The position numbers and the translations under genes were made by a program. The notes beneath the pieces were generated by a model. That model did no database searches. It was not told where the DNA came from and saw nothing but the letters and a program-made list of their open reading frames with translations. A DNA stretch of 61,607 nt, the filler included, from Chiloscyllium plagiosum (Eukaryota): assembly GCF_004010195.1 (NCBI RefSeq). It is 3 parts of one record of this genome, joined end to end, with 100 filler letters (N's around TTAATTAATTAA, not from the genome) between each part and the next. Parts side by side here need not be neighbours in the genome. Positions count along the whole stretch, not along the records: positions 1 to 28,529 come from NC_057716.1; 2 more parts are not named here. The stretch is one strand, 5' to 3'. Each line of letters opens with the position of its first letter. Position 1 is the stretch's first letter. This document shows, one piece after another, positions 1 through 14,200 of the stretch.

Positions 1-1153
1 GACGTTTCGGGCTTAAGCCCTTCTTCAGGAATGAGGAAGGTTTGTCCAGCAGGCTAAGATAAAAGGTGGGGAGGAGGGACTTGGGGGAGGGGCGTCGGAA
101 GTGTGATAGGTGGAAAGAGGTCAAGGTGAGGGTGATAGGTCAGACTGGGGTGGGGGCGGAGAGGTCGGGAAGAAGATTGCAGGTTAGGAAGGCGGTGTTG
201 AGTTCGATGGATTTGACTGAGACAAGGTGGGGGTAGGGGAAATGAGGAAACTGGTGAAATCCGAGTTCATCCCTTGTGGTTGGAGGGTTCCTAGGCGGAA
301 GATGAGGCGCTCTTCCTCCAACCGTCGTGTTGTTGTGGTCTGGTGATGGAGGAGTCCAAAAACCTGCATATCCTTGTGGGCGCAAGTCTTGCACCTCCTG
401 CGGTTGCAGGGGAGGGTGCCGGGAGTGGAGGTTGGGTTGGTGGGGGGTGTGGATGTGACGAGGGAGTCACGGAGGGAGTGGTCTTTACGGAATGCTGATA
501 GGGGAGGGGAGGGAAATATATCCTTGGTGGTGGGGTCCGTTTGGAGGTGGCGGAAGTGACGGCGGATGATGCGCTGTACATGGAGATTGGTGTGGTGGTT
601 GGTGAGGACCAGTGGGGTTCTGTCCTGGTGGCGGTTGGAGGGGCGGGGCTCAAGGGCGGAGGGGCGGGAAGTGGAGGAGATGCGGTGGAGGGCACCGTCG
701 ACCACGTCGGGGGGGGGCGGAATTGCGATCCTTGATTATGGAGGCCATCTGTGTTGTACGTATTTTGAGCTGGTCCTCCTGGGAGCAGATGCGGCGGAGA
801 CGAAGGAATTGGGAGAATGGGATGGCGTTTTTACAGGGGGCAGGATGGGAGGAGGTGTAGTCCAGGTAGCTGTGGGAGTCGGTTGGTTTGTAGTAGATGT
901 CCGTGTTGATTCGGTCGTCCAGGTAGCTGTGGGAGTCGGTCAGTTTGTAGTAGATGTCCGTGTTGATTCGGTCGTCTGAGATAGAAACAGAAAGGTCTAG
1001 GAAGGGGAGGGAGGAGTCCGAGACTGTCCAGGTGAATTTGAGGTCGGGGTGGAAGGTGTTAGTGTAGTGGATGAACTGTTCAACCTCCTCGTGGGAGCAC
1101 GAGGTAGCGCCGATACAGTCATCAATGTAGCGGAGGAAAAGATGGGGGGTGGG
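1..1153 (-). mobile_element. Penelope-like retroelement fragment (RT end, linker, 3' pLTR), internally deleted
   Basis: Minus-strand peptides FLRYIDDCIG, LPFLDL, YYKPTDSHSYLDY and CNRRRCKTC are typical of PLE RT/linker. The hammerhead-bearing terminus lies at 1-33. An in-frame 57-bp internal duplication sits at 860-973. Confidence 0.85.
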
Positions 1154-2574
1154 GCACTGAGTGACAGCCAAACATTTCATATCTGTGCAGAATTTTGTTT
1201 GCTGACATGGAACCAGGCATCTGTGTCTAAGCCTGCATTTTAACTACACAAGGTCATTAAGACTAAGTTGGAAACAGGCAGCTCCTGTGTTTAGCATGTT
1301 TTTTTAATTGTAGCAATAGTGGTGGGCAGCTTGCGTTAGTAGAGGACACTGAGAAGTAACTCTATAAAACAGAGAGGGCTGGACATGTTGCTGTACGACA
1401 TAGTGCTAAGTTAACATCAGATCCTCAACATGTGCCAGCAGCTTATTAGCAAATGTACAGAATGTGCCTGAAGAAACTGGCAATGTGTAAAAGTCAAAGA
1501 GATGATCACTTAGTGAGGGTGGACTCCAGTTAGTCAGGGAGACTGCCAGCCAGGGCAATCCAAAACCTTAGGCATATCTTGAAGTCTCACATCATCCTCT
1601 CCAGTGCTGTCTGCAGTCCCAGCAGTGGGCACTGCCCAAACTTAGCACTGCTGGGACTACAGGATTGCTAGCCAATCAGAGAGGCTGGCAACTCTCAAAG
1701 GTGGGACCTTCTCTCAGATAGAGTCAGAATTTTCACCGTGCAGCCATGAAGTCCATTCCCAGTGTTCAGAAGCTGAGGGACCGCCAACTTTAATGTGGAT
1801 AAGTTAACAAATGACTTTTCAATTGACGGTGGTTGGAAAGGGAAATAACATCACATCTCGTAATATTCAGCCTGTGGTTTACAAATCTGACAGAGATGAC
1901 AAATTATGGAAAATTTGTGAGAGTTAGCCCAAAAATGAAAGAATGAGTTGGTCCACGTATGTAAGTGGGCAGTAGAAGTGCAGATAAATAAAATGCAATA
2001 AAGTACAGCATGCCACACTCTGGAAAGTGGTACACATGTAGTACAAAGGTACTGGGCATTGAAACATCTAAGGTTAAAGCTGATAGATATCTAACAGTCT
2101 GACTAGATTGGATATGAATGACGTCAAACCAATGCAGCAGCAATCAATATGACTGCCAAGATGTTGACTTACTTCACCAAAACGGTAGAATATGAGTTGG
2201 CAAATGCAATGATCATATTTTACAGTTTTCTGGCCAGGCCATTCTTTTAACATTGCTTATAGTTTTGATGTCCAAGACATAAGAGATGTTTCAGGTCTGG
2301 AAGATACACATGGAAGAATCAGGAGGTTAAACCACACTGGGGAGTGTGCAGGGACAAATTTGCAGGATTGTTGGACAAGGTGAGGGAATGGGTCAAGGTG
2401 TGTTGTCCATGTAGATTGCTGGAATAGTCACAACTGGCCGAATGGCCTTCTTTTGTGTTGAAACCATTCTCTGATTCTAATATTCCAGGTACTGCAAGTT
2501 TGTAAATGCACAGGAAACATGACGTATTAAAAAGGAAAACTTGCAGTAATACAAAATAAAATGAAGAACTCTAC

Positions 2575-2748
2575 TAGAAATTGCTGGAGAAACTCAGCAG
2601 GTCAGCAGCATCTATGGGAAGAAGCAGAGTTAATGTTTTGAATCTGGCAATTCTTCATCAGTGGTTCTGAAACCACCCGAAACATTAACTGTGCCTTCTT
2701 TCCACAGATGCTGCCAGACCTGCTGAGTTTTTTCCAGCAATATCTGTT
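2575..2748. mobile_element. Foldback pair of Penelope-type terminal repeats
   Basis: gaaattgctggagaaactcagcaggtc...agcatct is mirrored by agatgctgccagacctgctgag...ccagcaata. A degenerate ctgatgaaga core lies on the minus strand in the centre. Confidence 0.6.
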
Positions 2749-2769
2749 TTACTGGCATTTATGTAGTTC

Positions 2770-3170
2770 ATTTCATCACATCAGGGCCTTTATAGTTGTT
2801 GAACTACCTTTGAAGGTTAGTTACTTTTGTAATGTAGGAAATGCAGCAGTTCATTATTACCATGAGTTCTCATAAACAACAGTGTGATAATGACCAGCTA
2901 ACATTTTATTCGTGACACCCCTTTATTTGTGACAATATATGAGGGATAAATACTGGGCACTACAGCATGAACAACTCCTCTGCGCCTTCTCAAAACAGCA
3001 CCAGGGGATACTTGCATCTATCTGAAAGGAAAAATAAGAATATCAGTTTAACTTCACATCCTCAATACTGCACTGAGGTACCACACAAAATTTTTAATCC
3101 CTAGTCTGGAACTGAAACTACAACCTTCAGGCTCAGAAATAGAGATGTTACCAACCAAGCCATTGGCTGA
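2770..3170 (-). mobile_element. Ancient DeuSINE (SacSINE1/AmnSINE-like)
   Basis: The reverse complement resembles the Deu domain as I recall it (cagtgcagtattgag, tatttatccctca, ctggtcattatcaca, tttcctacattacaa) with a tRNA-like head near 3170. Confidence 0.55.
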
Positions 3171-6100
3171 TGACACTTTGAAAAAAGGTCTTACTTCCTA
3201 GTGAAGTCATCTATCCATCAATATCCCTTCATTCAGAAAGTTGGTAAGCTCCCATCTCCCTACGTTTGGAATTGGGAAAAATGAATATGTATGTGATTAT
3301 AACAAGTACATCAGATTGGGTAAATATATCTTCAATCAAAAATAAATTTGATTTTATTTGTTACATTTGGTAGCTACATCAGTAGTGGAAAAGATATTAT
3401 TCATAAACTATTGCAAATCAGCAAAAAATGTTTCCCATCAATAGTTTGCAGAATGTCAGTGATATATATTTTGTCACATTCAAAGTTTGTCTTTTCAGAA
3501 AATCCTTACTTCTAGCAGCTGAACTTGGAAGTATTTGTTTTGAAGTGTTTTTACATGTTATTTTCCTAAACAAATAGCCATCTGCAGCACAAAAAAAATG
3601 GATAGTCAAAGTGGAGAGATTATTGAAAAGTCATATCAGACTCAAAATGTTAATTTTGTTTTTCTCTCCACAGATGCTGCCTGCTGAGCCTGCTGGGCTT
3701 TCCCACCATTTTCTGTTTTTATTTCAGATTTCCAGCATCTGCAGTATTTTGCTTTTATGAGAAAACGGAGTGTACATTATTGAAGTCTGGATCCTGCACT
3801 CGAGTGATCCCAATAAGAAACTCTGCACTAGTGAGTGTCAACGATGAAATCAGAAGTTCAACATGATAACTCTGAGATTGACCTATTCCTTTGGAACATG
3901 ACTTCTCCTTTGGGTGCTCTGAAATGGAGAAATCAATGTCATAATTTCTCGTATTCTCTCAGATAATTCAGAGAAAAGTGAAACCATTTGACATTGTGAA
4001 ACTGGTTCTATCCAAAAGCATTCAGTCATTATTATTTCACAGACTCATCAGTCCTTGTTGAACCATATCTTTGAAGAACACATCCAGTCCCTCCCTTGAA
4101 GAAGTGGTGCTGCTGATAACCATCCGCAATGGATCAGAAATCTGTAATTTCTGGAAAATTATTTTCTGAATGTTTCTTTACATTTGGGGTTATGTGGGGC
4201 ATAGATAGTGGAAGTGAGAATCTAACCAGATTAGCCATGATCTATTGAATTGTGGAGCAAGTTCCAGGGCTGAATGGCTTTAACTGCTTTAATTTTGTTA
4301 AGATAACTGTCTGTTGAGAGATCTTTTTACTGTTATGTTTTCCTCAGTAATTGATTTACTCTAGATTAATGACTATTCAAAGGATGGATGAGTCAATCAA
4401 CTCTGAGCAAGTGTTGATTGTTCATCTTGGTGATTAATATGTTTAATGTTGAATATATCACAGTGAGAGATCCAACATCATTAACCACCATCATCGGTCC
4501 CATCATTGAGTTCTACTGGATAAGATTTTCTCCTGATACTATTGTGCCAGCTAATGTGTTAGAATTACAACTGTATTACAGGAAACTGGGTATTCATTGT
4601 TTGCTTTTGTTCTAAGTTAGAAGAATGACTGAAGTTTGAAAATGTTTGCATTTTCAGCCATATTTTGAGAGAAGTAAGTCATAGCTGTTTTTTTCATAGC
4701 TTTCCAATTTATATTTATAAGAAATAATTTCATTTCTTTAGTAAATTGGGTCATAATTTGTAGACTTAGCAGTACAGTGTGTCAGCTGGAGGGGTCTGAA
4801 GTAACTGTTTTTACCGAACTTTGAAGCGGCAACTCTTATTAACAGTTGTGCTGCATTATCAAATGCTTTATACATAAGGCTCACAGAGAGTGAGAGTTTG
4901 CTCTTGGAGCATCTTTGGTGAGGTCTTGAAAGGAAACATTTGGAATCTTTCCAAATCACAACACACATACATTTTCAGATTAATTATTACATTGTTTTTA
5001 GCATTAGGTTCAAATTTGAAAATTTGAAATCATTGAATACAGAAATAGGAAAATGCTGTCTTTGTTACAAATAAATTAGCAATCATATTTATTCCATTAA
5101 TTGTTCCCTTTTGAAGAATTACAATATATTTTATTTCCTTTTAATTTGAAGTTAAAATTTTCAACTCAACAATTGTTTCCCTACCAATTGAAAGCACCAA
5201 AAGAATGAAATTATCACACTTCCTGTCCAAGATAAATTCTTAAATCCATCTGCAGTTTGAGTCAGTGATAGATAGATGGATATACATTTGGCATAGATTT
5301 AAACTGCAGATTCCTTTGAGGTTTTAGTTTGAACAGGAAGTTGGATGAAATATATGCTAATTAGTATGATGTATAAAAATATTTTGACTCAAGGGCATTT
5401 TAGACTTCTTCAATTCCGAACAAAACCAGTGATTTTGCAGTGTTATAAAACCAAGAAAGAATGGCCTGTATTGGTTCCTACAGGAAACAAAGGCCTTTCA
5501 AAGGCCACATAATGCCTCCTGATGCATCTACCATGGCTTGCTTGGCAGTCCAACCTGGGAAGAACACTCATACGGTCATCTTTTGTGCATACTGAAAGTT
5601 TCCCACCTGATGATGCCATAAAGTAATTCACTTTTCAGTTGATATGACAATCTATTTGCAGATTTGGAGCACACAGGTCCATTAAAAGTATTCACACACC
5701 ACTCATGAAAAAAGCATGCATTCAACTGCAGCTGGGGTTCAGTACTAGAATTGTTTAAATGGTCAAGAAGGCCAAGAAATTTAGAATAACCCCTGTTATT
5801 GAAAAGTCTCGAGAACTGCTGTGGAGTCTTTGTGGAAATGTTATGGTGAGTTCCTGGATGTGAAAGTGAGTGTTTGCAACCTTGCTGCAGATGAGAAAGG
5901 ATTTGGTGACCTGTTTACACAATAGGCATGAGAGTACTTTGATAATACCACTGGGTCTTCAAGATGATAGAACAGAGGGTTGTTTGACAGGGACAGAAAA
6001 TCATCTGGCTGAGTAGCCAATGCACAAAATATCTCTGTACACCTCAACATCAGCATCCTCCTATGTGCCACATCATCAAAGTAATCTTCTATGTCTCCAG

Positions 6101-6364
6101 CAGCTGAACAAATCTCAATTGCCCATGCAGATCCTAACTCTGTACTAGTTTCTAAGCTACATGCAATTCCAATATCTGAGCTGGTGTTAGATCAAGTGTC
6201 ACTGCTGTGTTTTGCAATTTCTCTCTGTTCCTCTTTGCTGTGGTGACCGGTGCATGTTCATGGGTGTCTGAGAACAGAAACGTCTAAAGGGGTGGGGCTA
6301 GGATGGAAATCAAGAAGGTCACAGATAGAGGTGCTTGGTCATCATCACAGATAACAGATTAAGG

Positions 6365-7680
6365 TGAGAATCAGATGACAGCAAGTTATAGTCCAACAGG
6401 TTTGTTTGATATCACTAACTTTGGTAATGTTGCCCCTTCCCATCAGGTAAAGTGGATCTGGTGTTGTCTGACTTCTTGGACACCTCCCTGCCCTTCCGGG
6501 ACCTCTCAATTTCCATTTCTGGCAAGCGACTCAACACGGACTTCAAACCCACCAACTCCCACAGATAACTGGACTACACCTCCTCCCACACTGCCTCCGT
6601 TATTCCTAATTCCTCCACCTCTGCTCCTAGGAGAGCCAATTCCACTCCAGAACATCCCAGATGGCCTCCTTCTTCAAAGACCGCAATTTCCCATCCCATG
6701 CAGTCAACGATGCCCTGTAGTGCATCTCCTCCACTTCACGTACCTCCTCCCTTGAACTCCATGCCTCCAATCTGAACAAGGACAGAACCTCCCTGGTCCT
6801 CACCTTCCACCCCACCAACCTCCGGATACAAAGCATTATCCTTCTTCATTTCCGCCATCTACATATAGAGCCCACCACCAGGGATATATTTCCCTCCCCA
6901 CCCTTCTCTGCATTCCCTCTGTGACTCCCTTGCTGGTTCTACGACCCTCACCAACCCAGCCTCCACTCCTGGCACCTTCCCTTGCCACCGCAAGAAGTGT
7001 AAACCTACATCCACAGTTCCCCCTCACCTCCATCCAAGGCCCCAAAGGATCCTTCCACATCCAACAGAGGTTTACCTGTACTTCCACACACATCATCTAC
7101 TGTGTCTATTGCTCTTGATGTGGTCTCCTCTCCATTGGGGAGACAGGATGCCAACTTGCAGAACATTTCAGAGAACATCTCTGGGACACGTGGACCAATC
7201 AATTCCATTGCCCTGTGGCTGAACACTTCAACTCCCCTTCCCACTCCACCAAGGACATGCAAGTCCTAGGCCTCTTCCACACCAAACTCCAGCCACCCGA
7301 CACCTAGAGAAAGAATGCCCCATCTTCTGCCTTGGGACCCTCCAACCACATGGGATTAATGTGGATTTCACCAGCTTCCTCATTTCTCCTGTCCCCACTT
7401 TTTCCTAGATCCAACCCTTTAACTCGGCACCGCCCTCTTGAACTGTCCTATTGTCTATCTCCTTTCCCATTTATCCACTCCACCCTCTTCTCTGACCTAT
7501 CACCATCACTCCTCACCTTCATCTACTTATTGTATTCCCAGCTACCTACCCCGCCTTTCCTGATGAAGAGCTTATGCTCGAAACATTGACTCTCCTACTC
7601 CTCAGATGCTGCCTGACCAGCACCACACTTTTCGACCCCAGTCTAACACTGGCACCTCCACATCAAGATTTAATGTGGGC
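6365..7680 (+). mobile_element. Degenerate Penelope-like element
   Basis: Frameshifted homology to the element at 1-1153 (TPPPT, KDRNFP, QGPKGSFHIQQRFTCTSTHIIYCVYCS, GIY-YIG region). Terminal repeat with ctgatgaagagcttatgctcgaaac at about 7560. Confidence 0.75.
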
Positions 7681-7772
7681 TGTGAGTTGACCAGGAACAT
7701 AAGGCAATTGCTTTCTTTCATTTTGAATGTGCTCAACAACGTCAAACGCTACAGGTTTTAGTGCAGGTAGCT

Positions 7773-8025
7773 CCATGATATCTTTATTCAAAAGATTTAG
7801 GTGTTGTTGGCTAGATCAGCATATAGCTCTTCTTCTGCCTCAGAAAATACTAATATTCTTATTCTAACAATCGCTCTGCACTGCAAGAATGAAAGAAGAA
7901 TGTCAGTAAAGCCACATTGATTCCCTGTGACAGAATGTTGCTAACATTGTCTCTATGTAGCCTGTGCAGCATTCTTCAGGAACATCAATGAGGAACACTC
8001 TGCTGTCAGGGAATTGATGAACATC
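7773..8025 (+). repeat. ~250-bp direct repeat, copy 1
   Basis: Aligns by eye with 9104-9343 (ccatgatatcttt...gggaattgatgaacatc), with moderate divergence and small indels. Confidence 0.85.
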
Positions 8026-9103
8026 ACAGCCTACCGACTCCACATACTTCTAGTGCACATACCACATCCTCATTAGTGCACGTCTAAGTATCATTACTTC
8101 AGGTAGCACCATGTGAATAAAAATAGCCTCTTATTGTCAATAGGCCTTGGATGTTTTTTCTACATTAAAGGTACTTCTATATATGAAACTAAATCTATGT
8201 AGTTTTATTGAAAGAAAAGTTATTATGTTATTTTAAGTCTTACAAAGCATAGTTTTTTTTATTCTTGCACAGGATGTGAATACCTCTGGCAAGGCCAGCC
8301 TTTATTGCCTGCCCATAACTACTCCTGAAGCTGCTTCCTTGAGTTGCTATGATCCAATGATGTTAGAGGGTGCAACTAGGAGAAAGAACTGCAGATGCTG
8401 GAGATCAGAGTTGCGAATGTGGTGCTGGAAAAGCACAGCAGGCCAGGCAGCATCCGAGGGGCAGGAGAATCGAGCCCTTCATCAGAGGATTCAGTAATGG
8501 TTATGCCATTGAATGTCAAGGATTGATCGTTAGTTTCTCTCTGGTTGGTGATGATCATTGTCTCGCACTTGTGTGGTTTCAAATGTCATTATTTGGAAAA
8601 ATTTGAATATTGTCCATATGGACATGGACTGCTTCAGTATCTGAGGAGTCATGAATGGTGCTGAACATTATGCAATCATCAATGAACATTCTTACTTCTG
8701 ACATTATGATAGAGGGGAAAATCATTGGTGAGGCACTTGAGCCTTTTTTTGAATGTCCTTTTTACAAGTCTTTTTCAATTTACTGCAAGACACATAAGTA
8801 TGAAAGGGCTTCAGATCCCTGACTGGTTGAAAGGAGAGACAAAATGCCTGAGTGCCAGTCATTTGAAATCAGTTATTTTCAAAGGGCTTGTCGATGTGAA
8901 GAGTAGGGGAACCACTGCCAGGTGGTGGACAGAGAGTTCTAAACATTGGAACTGCATTGGATGGTGGTGAGATCTGCAAGAGATACAGAGGAATTGACAT
9001 AGACTGAGGTAGGAGTAGCAAGGAGAAGGATCATATGTGGTTGATAGGTAGTGCATGATAGGGCGAGACCAAGTTGCAAGCAACTGGTACACCCACGTCA
9101 GCC

Positions 9104-9343
9104 CCATGATATCTTTGTTCAAAAGATTTAGGAGTTGCCGGCTAGATCAGCATATAGCTCTTCTTCTGCCTCTGAAAATAGTAATATTCTTATTCTAACA
9201 ATAGTTGTACACTGTAAGAGTGAAAGAAGAATGTCAGGAAGGCTACACCGATACCCTGTGACAGAATGTAATGGACATTGTCTATGTAGCCTGTCCAGCA
9301 TTCTTCAGGAACGTCAATGAGGAACAGGGAATTGATGAACATC
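9104..9343 (+). repeat. ~250-bp direct repeat, copy 2
   Basis: Aligns with 7773-8025. Confidence 0.85.
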
Positions 9344-9659
9344 TCAAGGAGAAAGAGTCATGCAAAGAAAGGGAGGAACAAGTACTGGCAACCTCACAGC
9401 AGCAAAAACAGGAGCAGCACATCAGTGAGGTTTTCGTAAGGGAGTGAAAACAGACAGCTAGACTAAAATGGCCTACCTATGACAGACAGTGTAACTGGGT
9501 GTGGTGAGTACATGAACTTGCTGTCACCTCATTCTCTTGGGACACGGTCCTTTCTCACCATCTGTAACTGCTTGGCCACTCTTTGAGCCAATAAGTCCCA
9601 GGGCCTCCTCTTCAGCTAGTACCAGAGATTTGGTGACAACAAAAATTACAACAGGTTAT

Positions 9660-10440
9660 TGTTAGGTTATGTGAATGGGCAAAGTTGTGGCAGATTGAAT
9701 TTAATATAAGCAAGTGTGAAGTAATTTATTTCTGACCGAGAAAGGACAGATCAGGGCATTTTTTTAGTGGCACAAGTAGAGTGCAACAAGATTTGGGTTG
9801 TCAAGTGTATAGTTCTTTAAAATGCCATGAACAGGTGCAGAAGAAATGTAGACAATAATGGAATGCTGGCCTTTATATCCAAAGGGCTGGCATATAGAGA
9901 TTTAGACATTATGCTGTAGTTATGCAAAACCCTAGTTAGACCCCATTTAGAGTACGGTGAGCAGATCTGGGCACCATACCTTAGGAAGGAAGTTTTGGCC
10001 CTGGAGGAAATTCAATGCAGGTGTACAAGGATGATACCTGGACTTCAGGAGTCAAGTTATGAGAAGATATTAGACAAGTTAAGCCTTTATCCTCTAGAAT
10101 TTAGAGGGATCTAAAGGGTTAAAGGGAATTTAATTGAAATCTTCAGGACATTAACAGGAAAAGGCAAAATAGATAAAGATAAATTACTGCCACTGGTTGA
10201 AGATTTAGAACCAGGGGTATAGTATAAGAGTTAAGGCCAGGCTATTCAGAAGATCTGTTAGAAAACAGCGCTACAAGCAAAGAGTCGTAGAGGTTTGGGA
10301 CTCTCTTCCTCAAATGGTGTTATCAGGGGATATGTACGTAAAACAAGTGTATGGAGTTAGGCCACAGATCAGCCATGATCTTAAAGAATGACAAGAGCAG
10401 GTCCAAGAGACTACATGGCCTACTCATGTTCCTAAGTTCC
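9660..10440 (+). mobile_element. Old CR1-type LINE 3' fragment
   Basis: Degenerate RT C-terminus (KCEVI, KTLVRPHLEYGEQIWAPYLRK-like) and a CR1-like tail cagatcagccatgatct...gttcctaagttcc. Confidence 0.7.
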
Positions 10441-10451
10441 TATCCAACATC

Positions 10452-10584
10452 AGTCCTGATGAAAGGTTCTGACCTGAAACTTCGACTCCCTATCTCCTCA
10501 GATGCTGCTTGACCTGCTGTGCTTTTTCCAGCTCTACTCTTTATCCACTCTGACTCTCCAGCATCTGCAGTCCTCACTGTCTCC
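10452..10584 (+). mobile_element. Short Penelope terminal-repeat insertion with hammerhead core
   Basis: agtc-CTGATGA-a-aggt(tctg)acct-GAAAC-TTC-gact. Flanked by the direct repeat tccaacatcag (10443-10453 and 10582-10592). Confidence 0.7.
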
Positions 10585-10949
10585 AACATCAGACTTGTGT
10601 CAAGCAGTCTTTGTTTGCTCCCAGTAATTCTCTCCATTTCTACTGCCCGATTTCACGGCTCTTAAATGTCTCCTCAAATGAGTCTGCTCTCAAGGGATGT
10701 GGTCAGGGTGGGCCCAGGCAGATGACTAACTCTCATCCAAGATTCTGCCAATGCACCAAAAAGAATCTGCTGCTGCCTCAACCTCTTGCCACTGACAGGA
10801 TGCAGGGTCCTGACGTGTTTTATTGCCATGTGCAAGCTCCTGAGAGGAAAGAGTTTATGGTTAATTTATACTGGTGAAGTGAAAGTCATTGGTGGTTTTC
10901 AATACTCCAACCAGGTTCAGGGCAATGAGCATACTGGGCCTGACTTATG

Positions 10950-11285
10950 GAGTCATAGAATTTTCCAGCATGGAAAGAGATTCTTCATTCAACTCATCCA
11001 TGCTGGCCAGGTTACCTAAACTGAAGTAGTCCCATTTGCCTGCCTTTGGCCCATATCCCTTTAAATTTTTCCGATTCATGTGTACCTGTCCAAATGTCTT
11101 AAATGTTGTAATTGTACCTGCTTCTACCACTTCCATCCCAGCTTGTTCCATACATGCACCACTCACTGTGTGAAAAAGTTGCACCTCAAATCCCTTCTAA
11201 ATCTTTTCCCTCTCACCCTAAACCTATGCCCTCTAATTTTGAACTCTCCTACCTTTGCTATTCACCTTATCTATGCCCATGATGA
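10950..11285 (-). mobile_element. CR1 (HER1-like) LINE 3' end
   Basis: EVVEAGTITTFK-type C-terminus and the gagtcatag tail repeat. Confidence 0.75.
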
Positions 11286-14200
11286 TTTTCAGAAACCTCA
11301 TCTACCAGCTGGATTTGTGTAGTCAGGAATCTTTTTAGTATCTGCCTTTTAATGGAAAGAGGAGCTCCAATATTTCCCTTGCCAACCTGAAAGAGAATCT
11401 ACGAGGGAGCATCATGAAACCATGGGGCCAGCTGCTTTCTTCTCTCTGTTATATTGGCTGCAGCCTTTTAGTGCTTCTTGATTTCTTAGTTGAGCCTCTA
11501 GAATTAGTATTGTGCTGCTGACTTCATGCACAGAGGTAGAGGGATGTATTCTGCAGGCAAGGGTTGGCAAACACAACCTACAAGGCAAGGCTGACCTTTG
11601 AAAATGGTGCAAGAAAGTGTCTCCACATCAATTAATGTTGGGATTGGTGACCTATCCCAGGGAGGGTCCATATATCCAGGTCATTAATTGGTCAGCTATA
11701 GAAACATTGGACTTCAAAGCAAGTGTAAGCTATTTAGCCCTTTGGACTTGCTTCACCATTCAATAAAATAATACCCAATCCAATTTTGATCTCATCTCCA
11801 CTTGTCTATCTGTACATATAACCCTTCACTCTCTTGTCAATGCAGCTCAACCTTGAATAACTTTAAAGATCCAGTCTCCACTACCTACTGGAGAAAAGAA
11901 TGCCACATTATAATGACTTCTAAGGGAAAAAAAATGCTCTTCGTCTCTATGTTAAAAGGGAGAGTTCTTATTCTTAAACTGTGAATCTTAATTTTGGAAA
12001 ATGAAGAAAAAATGCTTCAGACACCCATCCTGCCTAGTTGCTGAACATCATCTTTGTTTCAATAAGTTGACATCTTCCTCTCATAAACGACAAAGGACAT
12101 ACAACCGACCCACACAATATTTCTTCATGAGATAACCTTTTCATCCAGGAGTGAGTTGAGGTTTTCAAAAGAAATTAGATTTCTTTTCAAATAAGGAAAC
12201 CAAAAGATATGGGACTGCTGGTGAGTGGGGAATCGGGGCTGCATTCATAGATATCACAGTTCAATAAGCCAATCATGGCCATCTTCATTAAAAAAAATCA
12301 AAAGTGCTGGTTGCCTCCCTTCCCCAAATTCCTCCTCTTCCATTTTCACTTCCTCAGCTACTTACTGCACATTTCTCCTCATGTCAAGGCCATAGTGGTT
12401 TTCACTTATGACCCCCCATCCTCAATATTACCAAAGCTTCCCATTTCTTTGTATGACAGCCAACCTTCTATTTTGAATTATCCTCTTTCACAGTAATCAT
12501 TCTCTCAGTGACCAAAACCAGATGTGATCTTTCCACTTTTCCAAAGAAATCCATGGACTACTGCCTGTTAAGGCTCCTGACCATTAATGCCCAAATGCGC
12601 AGGACTGACCAAAGCCCAAAAAGAGTAACTTGGCAGGACACTCTTACCTGAGAACAGCCCAGCTCCAAGGCTGATATCTCCCACTTCAATGACTAACCCA
12701 TTTGCAATCTGCAGACTACTTGCACTTGACCAGCAAGATGGACCTTACCCAATCCCCTAGCTGAAAGGACAATTAAACTAAGGGGCATAGCTTAAGAATA
12801 AGAGGGTTCTGTTTTAAGACAGAAATGAAGAGATTTTTGTTCTCCCCAGATTCTGGTAGGACTAAGCATCTGACTGACTGAGGTCAACCTCTTAGACTGG
12901 AATCAGATGAGCCCTTTGACTGAGTGTGGCAGCACCACCTTGACTGAACGCACTGCCTCTTCACTCCATTGATGACTGGTCAACTTTCAGTATCAGACAC
13001 TGGCATCTGGTTGAAGCACATGCAGTTTGTTTATGTTAATTAGCAATACGTCAGATTTAGATCCGTGAACATTGTTTAAATTTGATCGCAACAGAAAGCA
13101 AATCAATAATTTTAGTACCGTAATCTAAGGTTCAATTTTGAAGAATATCAATGCATCAATATTGATCCCTTCTGTCCTTGATGTTACTCTGCGAGCCTAT
13201 CACTTTAAACTTCATCTTCTACTCTTTCAGAGGGAGGTATTAAGTTGAGATTAACTTCAAACTAAAATTGCATGGAATTCCAGAGAAACAAATTCATGTT
13301 CACGCTCCATATCTGATGTTGTAATTTCATGGCCTGCAAGTTGCTAGATGTCTTTGATGTTGGAAACCCTAAAAAAGTTGCAGTTATGAATTTGTTCCAG
13401 TCTGTGAAGCAAAACCAAACTAAACTTCAAATACAGCCAGAGTAGTATTCTAACAACATTTTCATTGGCTTTGAACACAGTTACTGTGACATAACTCATG
13501 ATAAGTTAGATAATACATTGTCTTACCATTTATCGTGATGTGGTATTCTACCGAGTTTGAACTATGATCTTGTATGGCCAGAAAATATCATTATTGTTCA
13601 GCAAATACAAACTCAGGGCAGAATTACATTGCTATTTCACAAAACTTTGTGGATTAAAATATGCTGGCCAGCCACTGCCAGCAACTCAGATAAGCCAAGA
13701 TTATAAGACAGTTTTGCATATGTAACAAACTGGGAGACGAACACAGTAAATGTATTCATTTTAATATATTTGGAGGTGTAATAATGCATATGGGGTAGAA
13801 TTCATTTCCCACAAGTAGAATTATCTGGTGATTAAAAAGGGTCCAAGCCAGCACCATTTGTGGAATGAATGGATTTGTGACATGCATCATTCATGCCAGA
13901 TGCTGGGAATTGAATTGGTAAAGTATTAAATTGCATCTTCAAGGTTCTTCTACATTTCATTTCTGTTGTGGACTCACACAGCTGCAGACAGTGAAAATAC
14001 TAAATTAGGAAAATTGTCTCATATGGGTTGGAATGCTCAAAAAGTTATTTGAAAAAGCACATGCAAGCATAAGGAAACATTAGCATTAGAAGTGACTTTC
14101 ATGAAATGATGTCATTTCAAATATTGTCCAGAGGTTGCCTCATTATCGAATAATATTATAAAATGGCCTGATAAAGATTTGAAATATTGTTCAATAAAAT

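Noticed and set aside
5440..6290. Possible further Harbinger transposase remnants (also 8840-9100, 15200-16000, 60700-61200)
   Set aside because: Too degenerate to support by eye; a profile search is needed.
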